Source: Cyanophora paradoxa CCMP329
Taxonomy: Eukaryota > Plantae > Glaucophyta
Reading direction: 5' to 3'
DNA length: 64,000 nt
Assembly: GCA_004431415.1 (NCBI GenBank)
Contig: QPMI01000629.1
Location: 1-64,000, forward strand
In this document: piece by piece, positions 20,770 through 31,969 of the stretch
Layout: every line of letters begins with the position of its first letter
How positions within the stretch are numbered: the first letter of the stretch is position 1
Made by a program: the position numbers and the translations under genes
The notes under the pieces: generated by a model
Database searches by the model: none
Seen by the model: only the letters and a program-made list of their open reading frames with translations
Told to the model about the DNA's origin: nothing

Positions 20770-21695
20770 AGCGGCGCTCGCCGCGGGGCCTGGAGGGCCG
20801 GCGGGCGAGGGCACGGGGAGGCGGCAGCGGCGCCTCCGGAGGGGCGGGGTAGACCCGCGAGCTCAGCGCGAGAGACAGCGCCGGCGGCGCCTGCCGCGGG
20901 GCCCGGGGGCCGGCGGGGCGAGGGCGCGGGGAGGCGGCAGCGGCGCCTCCGGAGGGGCGGGGTAGACCCGCGAGCTCAGCGCGAGAGACAGCGCCGGCGG
21001 CGCTCGCCGCGGGCCTGGAGGGCCGGCGGGGCGAGGGCACGGGGAGGCGGCAGCGGCGCCTCCGGAGGGGCGGGGTAGACCCGCGAGCTCAGCGCGAGAG
21101 ACAGCGCCGGCGGCGCCCGCCGCGGGGCCCGGGGGCCGGCGGGGCGAGGGCGCGGGGAGGCGGGAGCGGCGCCTCCGGAGGGCGGGTAGACCCGCGAGCT
21201 CAGCGCGAGAGACGGCGCTGGCGGCGCCCGCCGCGGGCCCGGGGGCCGGCGGGCGAGGGCGCGGGAGGCGGGAGCGGCGCCTCCGGAGGGGCGGGGTAGA
21301 CCCGCGAGCTCAGCGCGAGAGACAGCGCCGGCGGCGCCCGCCGCGAGGCCCAGAGGGCCGGCGGGGCGAGGGCGCGGGAGGCGGCAGCGGCGCCTCCGGA
21401 GGGGCGGGGTAGACCCGCGAGCTCGGCGCGAGAGACGGCGCCCGCAGCGCCCGCCGTGGGGCCCGGGGGCCAGTGGGCGAGGGCGCGGGGAGGCGGCAGC
21501 GGCGCCTCCGGAGGGGCGGGGTAGACCCGCGGACGCAGCGCGAGAGACGGCGCCCGCAGCGCCCGCCGTGGGCCCGGGGGCCGGCGGGGCGAGGGCGCGG
21601 GGAGGCGGCAGCGGCGCCTCCGGAGGGGCGGGGTAGACCCGCGAACTCAGCGCGAGGAACGGCGCCTGCCGCGGGGCCCGGAGGGCCGGCGGGGC
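20770..21695. repeat. GC-rich minisatellite, ~8 x ~112 bp, between the gag knuckle and RT
   Basis: Recurring 'ggaggcggcagcggcgcctccggaggggcggggtagacccgcgagctcagcgcgagag'. Confidence 0.85.
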
Positions 21696-23177
21696 GGGCT
21701 GCAGGGAAGGAGTTCTTGGCAGGGAGATGGAGGGGAGAGGGGCTGAGAAGGCGCGCAGCCTGCGGGCGGGCGCCGGGAGTGGCCGCTGGGGGAGGCGGCG
21801 GCCGCGCCTGAGCGCGAGGGGCTCAGAGGGGCCGCGCGAGCGGCCTCCGTCCCGCGAACGGCTGGTCGCGGCCCGGCACGCGTGCTCCTCGCCGTTGCGG
21901 CAGCCTGCTTGCCCGCACGCGACGCAGACGTGGCGGCGGCGGCAGCCTTCGCAGCGCCGCCCGTTGTTGTAGAGCCAGCAGACGTCCTCCCCCGGCTGGC
22001 CGGCGCCGTAGCGGGGGTCCTGGCGAACTGCGGCGCCCGCCGAGAGCCGCGGGGCCTCGTGGCGGGACGCGCTCGGGCGCCCAAGCGGGAGGGCCGCGGC
22101 GTGCGCTGAGGGCCGAAAGAAATCGGCGGAGAGGGGGCCGGGCTCATCGGAAGGCGGGGCGCTGTTGGTGACGGTCGTATTCAGAATCATTGAGTCTCCG
22201 TCGCCAAGATCGTGCGCTCGGGAGCGGTCAGCGCGCTCGGCGATCTGGCGCCGCATCCGGACCGAGTACTCGTAGGCTGATGCCCACGGGGCCCGGCGGG
22301 CGAGCGAGTAGATCTCCCACATGTGCAGGAAGATCTCGATCAGCCGGCGGTGCGACTCCTCGAAGTCCGGCTTGCCGGAGGGCAGGACCGGCATGTTCTC
22401 GCGCCGGCCCGCCGCCACCCCGAGGGCGGCAAAGCAGGCTCCGAAGTCGACGGCGTTGAGGTTGCGGGAGGAGGAGGGGGATCCGGAGGCGGAGCGCAGG
22501 CCGGCCGCGGAAAGGAGAGCGGAGATGGTGGGGTCGACGGAGGCGGGCTTATCGATCGGGTGGGAGGAGAAAGCGGGGCGGAAAACGTGGGGAAGGAGGT
22601 CAATGTACTCGCCGCTCAGGAGACGAGCGGAGAGCTCCGTGCCCGGGGCGCCGAGGGATCTGGGGAAGGTGGAGCCGCGCTCGCGATCAATTTTCGCGGC
22701 GGGTGTGCTATCGGTCGCGGGGGCCGCGGGCGAAGCGCTGAGGCGGGCTTCCAGGTGTGCAATTGCACGAGTGAGCTGATCCAAGCGCTGGGACGTCTCC
22801 GAATCGGCCGGGGCTGGCCGCCGCCGCTGGCGCGAAATTTTTGAATTTGCGGCGCCGGCTGCCTGGGACGGGCTCTCGATGCCTGCGAAGCGGACGCGTG
22901 CTGAATGCGGACGCTCGCCGAGCTCGGAGGCGCTGGTTTCTGCTCCGGAGACTGCCGAAGGTGCTGCGGCTGACTCTGAGTCGCTGGTGACCGGAGCGCG
23001 CGAGCCCCGCCTTGCCTGCACGAAAGTTGCCGAGGAAGTGGTTTTACGGCTGCTGCTGGCCGTCATGGTAGCGCTAGCTGAAGCGCGAGTTGTGCGGCGA
23101 GGTGCCGGAGCGGGACCGGCGGGACGCTCGCTGCTGTTGTCGGGGAGCCCTGACATGCTGTGCGTGTCCCTGTGCAC
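20976..23177 (-). CDS. Gag-like ORF1 of the Ngaro element
   Basis: Long ORF directly after A1, with 'LLSGEYIDL', 'W.SAYEYSVRMR' and a Cys/His knuckle 'CWLYNNGRRCEGCRRRHVCVACG'. The 3' part runs through a tandem repeat. Confidence 0.78.
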   Translation of the reverse strand: MHRDTHSMSGLPDNSSERPAGPAPAPRRTTRASASATMTASSSRKTTSSATFVQARRGSRAPVTSDSESAAAPSAVSGAETSASELGERPHSARVRFAGIESPSQAAGAANSKISRQRRRPAPADSETSQRLDQLTRAIAHLEARLSASPAAPATDSTPAAKIDRERGSTFPRSLGAPGTELSARLLSGEYIDLLPHVFRPAFSSHPIDKPASVDPTISALLSAAGLRSASGSPSSSRNLNAVDFGACFAALGVAAGRRENMPVLPSGKPDFEESHRRLIEIFLHMWEIYSLARRAPWASAYEYSVRMRRQIAERADRSRAHDLGDGDSMILNTTVTNSAPPSDEPGPLSADFFRPSAHAAALPLGRPSASRHEAPRLSAGAAVRQDPRYGAGQPGEDVCWLYNNGRRCEGCRRRHVCVACGQAGCRNGEEHACRAATSRSRDGGRSRGPSEPLALRRGRRLPQRPLPAPARRLRAFSAPLPSISLPRTPSLQPAPPALRAPRQAPFLALSSRVYPAPPEAPLPPPRALAPPAPGPTAGAAGAVSRAASAGLPRPSGGAAAASPRPRPLAPGPHGGRCGRRLSRRARGSTPPLRRRRCRLPRPRPAGPLGLAAGAAGAVSRAELAGLPRPSGGAAPASRALARRPPGPRRAPPAPSLALSSRVYPPSGGAAPASPRPRPAGPRAPRRAPPALSLALSSRVYPAPPEAPLPPPRALAPPALQARGERRRRCLSR

Positions 23178-23184
23178 GGGGCTG

Positions 23185-23352
23185 AACGCGAAATTGAGGC
23201 GGCTCGGGCGCCGCGCTTGCGTGCGAAAACGCGTATGGGTACGCTAGTACAAGTTGACTACCTGAATCAAATTCGGAACTTGAAGTTTAGACTGCGAAAC
23301 GGGGCTCGAACAGCCGGCTCGCTAACCTCAGTAAATCTACTTTACTACCCAT
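23185..23352 (-). repeat. 5' A1 repeat of the Ngaro element
   Basis: Matches 18451-18618 (aacgcgaaattgagg...ctttactacccat). Confidence 0.92.
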
Positions 23353-23934
23353 ATATCTACCGGACCAAGTGCGCCTGAATGCGCTTGATATGCCCGACGA
23401 TTCTTGTCATACATTACGAGACCGGAGAGGCACAGGGTGGCCCGCTAGGCCGCCTCAAGTACCTGTTGTACCGAGCGCCGAAAAAAAGCGCTCCTGAGAG
23501 TTTGTGGCGCATCGAGACTCGAGCAGGGGGGAATGGATGCCGATATCGTGTTGCAGTACCCGGCAGGCTAGCCAACTGTGTGCTGCTGCCATGCCAACAG
23601 CTGCCGAGTCAGTGCCGACTGGCTTTCGCGCTGGCCAACTATAGCTAGCTGAGCTCCGGCTAGCTGCACATGCCTTGCAATGCTGTAACAGCTCATCAAG
23701 CACTTCGGAACGTGAAAGAGTGCAGGAAGAAGACGCCCGCTACGCCGCCGCCGCGTTCCGGTGCGCGTAGCCGATGGTTCTGACTGCCCCGCGCCTGCCG
23801 TCCGCAGATGCGACACTCTTGCGCCGAAAGGTGCGCTCGCGCGCCGCCCGGCAATCTCGCGCCGGGCGTCGTGTCGTCAACGCGTGTCGTCGAACAGCTC
23901 CTCTCGCGCCGGAAGCCGACACGTGCCGCGCTCC

Positions 23935-24350
23935 GCAGCAGACGGCGGGCGGCGGCGCGGCGGCGCGGTCGCCGGGCGGGCGGAGGCTCTGCGGGCGGCG
24001 GCGCGGCGCGCCGAACGGGGAGCAGGCGCGGCGGGCGGCTGCGCGGCGTGCCGGGCGGGGCGGAGGCGCGACGGGAGGCGGCGGGGCTCGCCGACCGCCG
24101 GCGGGGCGGAGGCGCGGCGGCCGGCGGGCGGCGGCGCGGCTCCGGGCCGGCGGGCGGCGGCGCGGCTCCGAGGCTCGCCGGGCGGGACGGAGGCGCGGCG
24201 GCCGGCGGCGCGGCTCGCCGGGCGGGGCGGAGGCGCAGCGGGCGGCCGCGCGGCGCGCCGGACGGGGCGGATCCGGAGGCGCGGCGGGTGGCCGCGCGGC
24301 TCTTTGGGCGGGGCGGATCCGGGAGGCACGGCGGGTGGCGGCGCGGGGCG
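23935..24350. repeat. Very GC-rich degenerate tandem/low-complexity repeat
   Basis: Repeated ggcggcgcggc(tc)gccgggcgg units. Confidence 0.65.
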
Positions 24351-26647
24351 CAGGGCAAATTGTCCCATTCCCGCACGGCTTCTTGTTCCAGGTTTACGCC
24401 TAGCGAGCATTTGCTGCAGCCTGCAGACTCGAGCTCTGAGATGCTGTCTTTGTTGAATTAGACCACATGCATATGGCCACCTTGCACGAGCAGGGGGCGG
24501 CGCGGGGGCGAGTCGAAGACATCGAACTTAGAAACCTAACTGATTGACCTGCAAGTCCTCTTCCGGTCCCACGATCGCGAGCTCGATCGCGAGCCCGCGG
24601 CCGGCCCACCATCCCAGTTGCAATTGCAGGCGTTCGCGCAGCTCAGCGGCTCATGATCAGGGGCTGCAGGCTCTACAGAGTCAACACTCTCTAGATCTCT
24701 ATCTCGGCTAACCTGATCATGACCTTTCCTGCTCAACCGTTAGAGGTCCTTCCCCTCCAACAGGGGCAGTGCAACTGCAGTGTCCCTGTTCCGTTCATAT
24801 CGATGTGCACTGGCGCGGACGCGAGGGCGCGCGGAAAGATAAGCAGGTCCGCCCTGGATCAAATTTTCGGGGTCTGCTGCGTCCTCGCGGCCCGGCGCGT
24901 CCGCAAAGCGTGCAGAATGCTTCTTCTACATCTCAACTGCATATTCTATTGCTTTGCGCGCGCGCCGTGGCGTGAGCGCGCGGAAAGTTGCTCGGGTCTG
25001 TGAAGGATCGAAGTATTCCCATTGGTCACCTTCCTGCGCTGTTCCGGCTCCGAAAACTGGATTTCGGGAGTGCTCTGTCCTTGCTAAGCCTATGCGCGTG
25101 GATTGCGCGCGTCGCGGGACCGGGCGGGACCCGGATCAAATTTTAATTTCGGCCGAGTCTTTGAAGTGGAGCGTCTACGTATACATCGAGGGCGCCCGAA
25201 ATCGAGCTTGCCGCAGTGCGCACGCCCTCGCTTGTCATTCTGTATCGCTCTGGGGCGTCCGTGGCGCGTTTCGTCGCGGGACTGGGCGGGACCGGGTCCC
25301 ACCTTCTGACTCGGACCGCATTTGTCGGGGCTCAAGTACTGGATCGAATTGATCCAGAGGGAAATTCGATATTCGCGCGACGCCCACGGGGGAGCGGTCG
25401 TCTTAGGGGAGCCAGGACGTGAACGTGACAGGAATATATTTTCGGCTTGCATGTAGACGCTGCACTCCAAGAAAGCTCCGTCGAGTTACGGAGCTTGGGA
25501 GGTCGAAATTGGCAGGGCTAATTGTCGCACCGATGACACTCGTCGTGCACTGGCCACGTGCACGCAAGCGGTGCTTGTGGGAACTTGCCAGTTGCCTTCG
25601 TCAGTTGTGCCACACAATATGCAGTGCATGAACGTCCTGGGTTCGGCACCCCTCGATGAGAATGCTGTGATTGCTGCGGCCCTGAAGAGGCGTACGCGTG
25701 CACAAGCTGCCAGCCATGCAGCTGCAGCAGTCGCACTTGAAGGCTCGAGATCTGGCTGCCTTTGGCAGCCGGCAGCTGAAGATTGCTTTCAAGTTTGCAA
25801 TTGTCTGTTGCAATGGGGAGCCGGCCGTGGACGATTTCAACGCACAGAGCTCGAGCGCTTCAGCCGCCTCCATCTCCTCCATATGCATTGTGCTCTAGAT
25901 CTGTGGCCCAGTGGCACTGCAGCTAGCGCTGGACATGTATACGTATAATCATGGCCAGTACTAGTGATGCGCTCAAGATGAAGGTCTTGCTTCCGTGTTG
26001 GCACAACGAGGCCTTTGCAATCAGCACAGAAACATTTGCTGATCATGAGTCCCCCATTGTACTACGGTACTTTGTTTTGCTCATGTATCGCGGACCTTCG
26101 AACTCGTTTGGCTCCGCCCTCTGAGATCGATCGCGATATCCGCATGCGCGCGGGCCGCAACGGCCCTTGTTTGCATTCCCGGGATTTCGATCTGCATCCT
26201 GCGCAGTGCTTTGGAATTGGGTGCGAGGAGTTTCCCTGGGAAACGGTATGCACGTCGCCGAATTCAAGTCACCGCAGTTAGGCACGTAGTGGCAAGCAAT
26301 GTGCGGTGAATGAGCGCACTGGCATCCTGGACAACAAACAGCCACTTCAAAGAGCCCCGCGAAGGCTGCAGACGTATCCCGCGGCCGGCGCGGCTAGCAG
26401 GGATACAGCCTGGCAGCTTCAAATGGTGGGGGGGGCCCCGGGGGAGGAGCCCGATAGGAAACACAGCTCGACGTCGTCCGGATCCAGCCAGACAGTTTGA
26501 ACAGCGGCGCTAACCACAGCTACTAGGCTAACCACAGCGGAACGCCGTTGTATGCCATGATGCCATGATGCGCACTATAGGCTAGCGCTAGCGCTCAAGT
26601 TTAATTTTTCAAGTCAAGTCTATTAGAGCTTAATATATATATATATA

Positions 26648-28419
26648 CATACAGCTTGCTGTCACGGGGCCTCTTCACTTGCCAGTTCCCCGGCAAGTCC
26701 CTGGTCATCTTGCAGCTCCGTACCCCTTCTGGCCTCTTCCCCTTGCTCCTCCACTCCCGCCCCCGCGCGGCCCTCTTTCTGACGTACTCCTGGTTCAGCC
26801 CCCTCTTCAGCCCATCCTTCTTGCCCCTGCTTCTGCAACTGTGACGCCGAGCGGCACTATCTTTTTGAATGCCCCTCCCGCTGCTACGTCCCCGGTCTCT
26901 TTACGTCTGCATCCACTTTCCCGGATCCGAGTGCACGCCTCCTCGCCTCCAGAGCTCGCCATCACTCCGGCCTCCCTCGCCTCTGCTCTTGATTCTCCAT
27001 ACCCTTCGACCAGCCACACGATATCTCCTCCTCCACGTGCACCCTCCCTTCCCCCCTCGAGCTCCTCGGCATCTGCCCCGCTTCCGAGTGTCGGCGAGAC
27101 TGTCCTCTTTTCGGTCTCCCCGTCATTCCGACTCCCTGCTCCCCCTTCAGCGCCTCGGGTCCCTTCTGCAGGTCCTGTACCACTTCCTGGCGCTCGTGAG
27201 ATTCGCCGCCGGCGCCCTCGTCGGGCCCTTGCGCCCTCAAGCCCGTCTCTCTCTGCGCCGCCCATGGCCCCCGTGTCGTCTGATCCGGCACCACCCGACC
27301 TTCCTTCTGTTTCGCTGCCCTCTCTTCGGCGCCGGCAGCGATCCTCGTCACCTGCTCGTGACCCTTCCCCTGCCTCCGACCCCTCCTTGGCTCCCTCCTT
27401 GCCTCTTCCGTCTCGTAGACCTCCGCCGCGTTCCCGTCGTCGGATCTCTAGATCGACCCTCGACTCTCCGCCTTCCGCTGTCTGCGGGGTTCCTCATGAT
27501 CAGCCGCCGTGCTCGACACCGGCTGTCAGTGCTTTTCTCGAGAGCCGGTGTCGAGCACGGCGGCTGATCATGAGGAACCCCGCAGACAGCGGAAGGCGGA
27601 GAGTCGAGGGTCGATCTAGAGATCCGACGACGGGAAAGCGGCGGAGGTCTACGAGACGGAAGAGGCAAGGAGGGAGCCAAGGAGGGGTCGGAGGCAGGGG
27701 AAGGGTCACGAGCAGGTGACGGGGATCGCTGCCGGTGCCGAAGAGAGGGCAGCGAAGCAGGAGGAAGGTCGGGTGGCGCCGGATCAGACGACACGGGGGC
27801 CATGGGCGGCGCAGAGAGAGACGGGCTTGAGGGCGCAAGGGCCCGACGAGGGCGCCGGCGGCGAATCTCACGAGCGCCAGGAAGTGGGACAGGACCTGCA
27901 GATGGGACCCGAGGCGCTGAAGGGGGAGCAGGGAGTCGGAATGACGGGGAGACCGAAAAGAGGACAGTCTCGCCGACACTCGGAAGCGGGGCAGATGCCG
28001 AGGAGCTCGAGGGGGGAAGGGAGGGTGCACGTGGAGGAGGAGATATAGGGCAGCTGGTCGACGGTATGGAGAATCGAGAGCAGAGGCGAGGGAGGCCGGA
28101 GTGATGGCGAGATCTAGATCTGGAGGCAAGGAGGCGTGCACCCGGATCCGGGAAAGTGGATGCAGACGTAAAGAGACCGGGACGTAGCAGCGGGAGGGCA
28201 TGCGAAACGATAGTGCCGCTCGGCGTCACAGTTGCAGAAGCAGGGGCAAGAAGGATGGGCTGAAGAGGGAGCTGAACCAGGAGTACGTCAGAAAGAGGGC
28301 CGCGCGGGGCGGGAGTGGAGGAGCAAGGGAAGAGGCCAGAAGGGTACGGAGCTGCAAGATGACCAGGGACTTGCCGGGGAACTGGCAAGTGAAGAGGCCC
28401 CGTGACAGCAAGCTGTATG
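26648..28419. repeat. ~1.77-kb imperfect palindrome (arms 26648-27524 and 27543-28419, 18-nt spacer)
   Basis: The same Pro-rich translation appears on + (26679-27719) and - (27348-28892). The left arm begins right after a (TA)n tract. Confidence 0.9.
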
Positions 28420-31098
28420 GAGGGAGGAGCTCGAGGTAGAGGCGGGGCCAGCGGGCCAAGGAGCACAGGAATCGGGACCGCAGGGAATGGGGGGAAAGGA
28501 GCGTCGAGAGGGGCAGCTAGAGCTGGAATGGGGACGGGCCCGAGGGTCTCTTTAGGGGCCAGGACAGGAGGGGACGGTGCAGGAGGCGGGCGACCACCAG
28601 GGATCCCCAACGGGACGTCCCCACGAACGGCGAACTCCGCTGGATTTCGGAGGACAGAATTAATGTCACGCGAAGAGACGAGGTCGTCAGCACCACCCGA
28701 AGAGGGAGCACCCGATGAGTCAGAAGCAGAGCTCGAACTAGAACGATGAGAGCCGGCACTAGACTCTGAAGCGTGTTCGTCATCATCCGTGGCAGCCGGA
28801 TCATCAGCGTCAGCAGCAGCCAAACGAGCACGCCGCTCTTCCAACAAGGCCGAGGCCTGTGGAAGGGTGAACTCTAGAGATCTAGATGACATATTTCTGT
28901 CCCAGGCGGCAACAAGCGCGGCGCGGTTGTAAGAAGGTGCATCAACGTCAGCCTCCTCTTGATCGCACCGAGCGCGAGCAACCTGCTGTATGGAAAATAC
29001 GCCAGCGAGGACTGCTTCAAGTGATCGAAGGCAGAAGCTTTTAAGGTGGGGTTAACTGTAACTGGGGTTAATCTGGGACCGAGAGGATGTGGAGGAGAGA
29101 AAGGTCAGGCACCGCGACCTCCTCACGCTCATCAGGCGGAAGAGCAGACGCCTACAACTGCAGGCGTTCACGGATGAAATCCCAGAATGAACGAGAAAGA
29201 GGGCACGGCTAAGCCTGGAACGCGCGCGCCGGCTCTGGGCCGACCGGTGCGCGATCAATGCCGCATGGGAGAGGGACTGCCGCACTGCGGCATCTCCCAG
29301 GCCTCCAAACGTCGTCCGCGCCCGCCCCGCACAGGAGCTAGAACAAAAGAACGCGCCCGCGGACCCCGGCCCGCGCCCCGATAAAGCTCTGCCCCGCCTG
29401 CGACGGGCCCCTGCGCCTTCATAACGAACTTCGCGCAGCCCAGAACGCTGACTGCCCGCCGGAGTACAGTGGGTGGAAAGCAGCACTACGAGCCCAAGAG
29501 ATCTACGACACCACCAAGGTCCGCCCCTGGAGTCTACCCCCCCCCGGATGACTAACTAACCCCCGTAGGGGAGGGGGGGGGGGGGGGGGGGGGGGGGGCT
29601 ACACCTGGAGGCGACGAGGAGACTCCACCGCCAAGCCCCGCCTACGACGGCCTCACCCTCAGCCTATCGCCTACGGCCGCTCTCCGGGCCCCCGCGCCCG
29701 CTGCCGACCCGCCACCGCCCGCGCGACATGCGCTTCCATACCCCCCTCGCTATCGCCGACACGCTCGCCTCCCGCCGCCGCCGCCCCCCCCCGCCAGACC
29801 CGGCCCCCTCCCTCCGTCGCCCCAGTCGCCCCTCCCCGGTCCCCCCCCCGCTCCCTCCGCCTCTGCCGCTCTGCTGATCCCCCGCTACACCAGGGACGGG
29901 ATGCGTGCGGTGGTGCGGGCTGCCAGGCGGAAGGTCGTCTGTCGGCCGCTGAACCCATCTGCACCAGCCCCGGCCACGCGCCAGGACGGGGCGGTCCGAC
30001 CGCCGCGGAGGGGGCTCGTCATTGCCCGCGGCAGGGGGGAGGCGGTCGGCGGGCGGCTGGAAGCCCGGCGGAACGCGCCACTGGAACCTCCCTCCTCCCG
30101 ACCGCGGCCGCCCGACCCGGCCCCCCCCCCCCGCCCCGTCTCACTGCCCCACTCCTTCCCATGCTGCACCTCCCGCCCCTCCCCCTAGGCCTCCCCCTCG
30201 ACCGTACTCTTCCCGATGCCCAGAGCCCGGCGGCTCCATCAGGCCCGCTCCTGGATGAGCGAGCCCCCGGCGACACGGCAGGCCGTACCTTACTAAGTTA
30301 GCGTGTACAGGGTGGTTTAGATCATAGTACGCCTTCCCGGAGGCCTTAGCTAACTAGCCATAGCTTCAGCTGCAGCTCTTACTGTGCCGTACACGCCTGC
30401 TCTTCCTCTTCGTCCTTGGGTAGTCACTCCCCTCCCTGCGTAGGATCCTTCTTGTGCTGCAGCTCTAGAACTAGCTCTCCGGGTAGCCTCTCCGGGATCC
30501 ATCTACTTCCACATCCGAGCTCCGCCCGGTCCGATATCCGAAAGGCTTAGTCCCGTAGGTTTAATTTATCTCTCGACTTGACACAGATGGCATGGACACA
30601 TCAGTTATATCTCTATATGAGCTAGCCATTTGTCTCGGTGCACGTGTCACATGTACAGTGTGTGCGAATTCATTCATTACTTGACGATCGTCATGAATAT
30701 TTGTATTCGAACGAAAAGTGAGGATCTATAGCTCTAAATAGCTAAAACGTTTCTATCCTATAGCGTCCGGTGACGGCACCAGTTGCCTGTCCGACACCTC
30801 CGGCGACGGCACCAGTTGCCTGTCCGACGCCTCCGGTAACGGCATGCGCACCAGTTGCCTGTCCGACGCCTCCGGTGATGTTACCAGTTGCAATTGCCTG
30901 TCCGACGCCTCCGGCGACGGCACGTGCACTTGCACTGGTTGACGAATACATGAACAGCTACAGTATACTTACGATATTTATACTCGAAAACGAATAAGAG
31001 TAATTGCAATCGAATAATTATGTGAATTTATAGTAATTCCGCTCAAACGTTTGAATGGCGGCTCAGTTAACGTTTTATGTGTGTACGAGGAACGGCAA

Positions 31099-31969
31099 TC
31101 AGTGCTGCCTTCCAAACAGAAGAGCAACGGTCACTCCGAGGAGAAGGAGCATATGTATCATCTGAATTCGGAAGCTGGTGCAACGCCCCGCTGATAGTCC
31201 AGGACAGTACGGCATGCTGATAACATTGATGTTGGCGTTCGAGGTGGCGTTGGATGATGGTGACATCAGAGAGAACTGTCGCAAAGCGACGGCAAGCTCA
31301 AAATCAGCCTCGAGCTCCAGATCTAGATGAAATCTCAAGCTCGATCGCGAATTCGATCGCACCGGCGTGAGGTGGTTGCAGGTGGCAGTGTAGGCGCCGG
31401 AGGAGGCGGTGGCGCTGGCGCAGACCTCCCAGGCCTTGCTGGTGGCGTTGAAGAAGACAAGCGAGACGGCCTGGCCCGCCGCGATCGTGACGCCGCTCGC
31501 GACGGGGATCGTGAAGCTGACGCCCGAGCTGAACTCGCTGCTCAGCTGCCTCGCCCTGCCGGTGTCGTCGAGGCCCGTCGCCGTGACGTCCAGGATCGAC
31601 GCGACAAGGCGGTAGCCCGCAGGCGGCGCGGGGAAGGACGACGAGTTCTTGTACACACGCACGAGGGCCTGTTTCAAGCGTCAGAGAGAAGAGCAAAGAA
31701 ATCGAGACAATTGCAAGAAAGAACCTGGAAGTTCTTGATCCAGGCGTCAGTGGGGAAGGCAATCTGCCGGAAACGAAAATTCAGGAATCGAGCGCAGCAC
31801 TCGAGCTCGCCGATCGCAGATTGTAAATCGTAGATCGCGCACAGCTGCACCCGGAGAGTCCGAAATGCCGTTGAAAGTTACCCTGGAGCCGGCTGAGGGG
31901 CACACCTGCACGTCAAGCCGCGTTCATGATCATGAGTTGCACCGGTGGAGGAGTCAGTGCGATAGCTAA
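31099..31969 (-). pseudogene. Duplicated 3' fragment (GAIN/GPS and terminal exons) of the giant host gene
   Basis: Copy of 36344-37214; the match breaks off at 'gatagctaa', within the coding region. Confidence 0.8.

Larger units (their letters stand above)
18223..23352 (-). mobile_element. Ngaro/PAT-like (DIRS order) retrotransposon with split direct repeats; tyrosine recombinase absent
   Basis: On the minus strand: A1(23352-23185), gag, RT/RH, B1(18825-18618), A2(18618-18451), B2(18430-18223). The RT and RNase H are DIRS-type. Confidence 0.9.

Noticed and set aside
5318-23352. Diversity-generating retroelement acting on the fibre heads via the nearby RT
   Set aside because: The RT is DIRS/Ngaro-type within its own split repeats, and no template/variable repeat pair with adenine-specific differences was seen.
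24400-26500. Possible decayed gene or transposase fragments (e.g. 'KCFCADCKG')
   Set aside because: Only short interrupted frames with no diagnostic motif; not supportable.
29568-29598. Poly-G tract (also 34799-34835) as a functional element
   Set aside because: Length differs between copies and long homopolymers are unreliable in assemblies; noted only as part of the repeat element.
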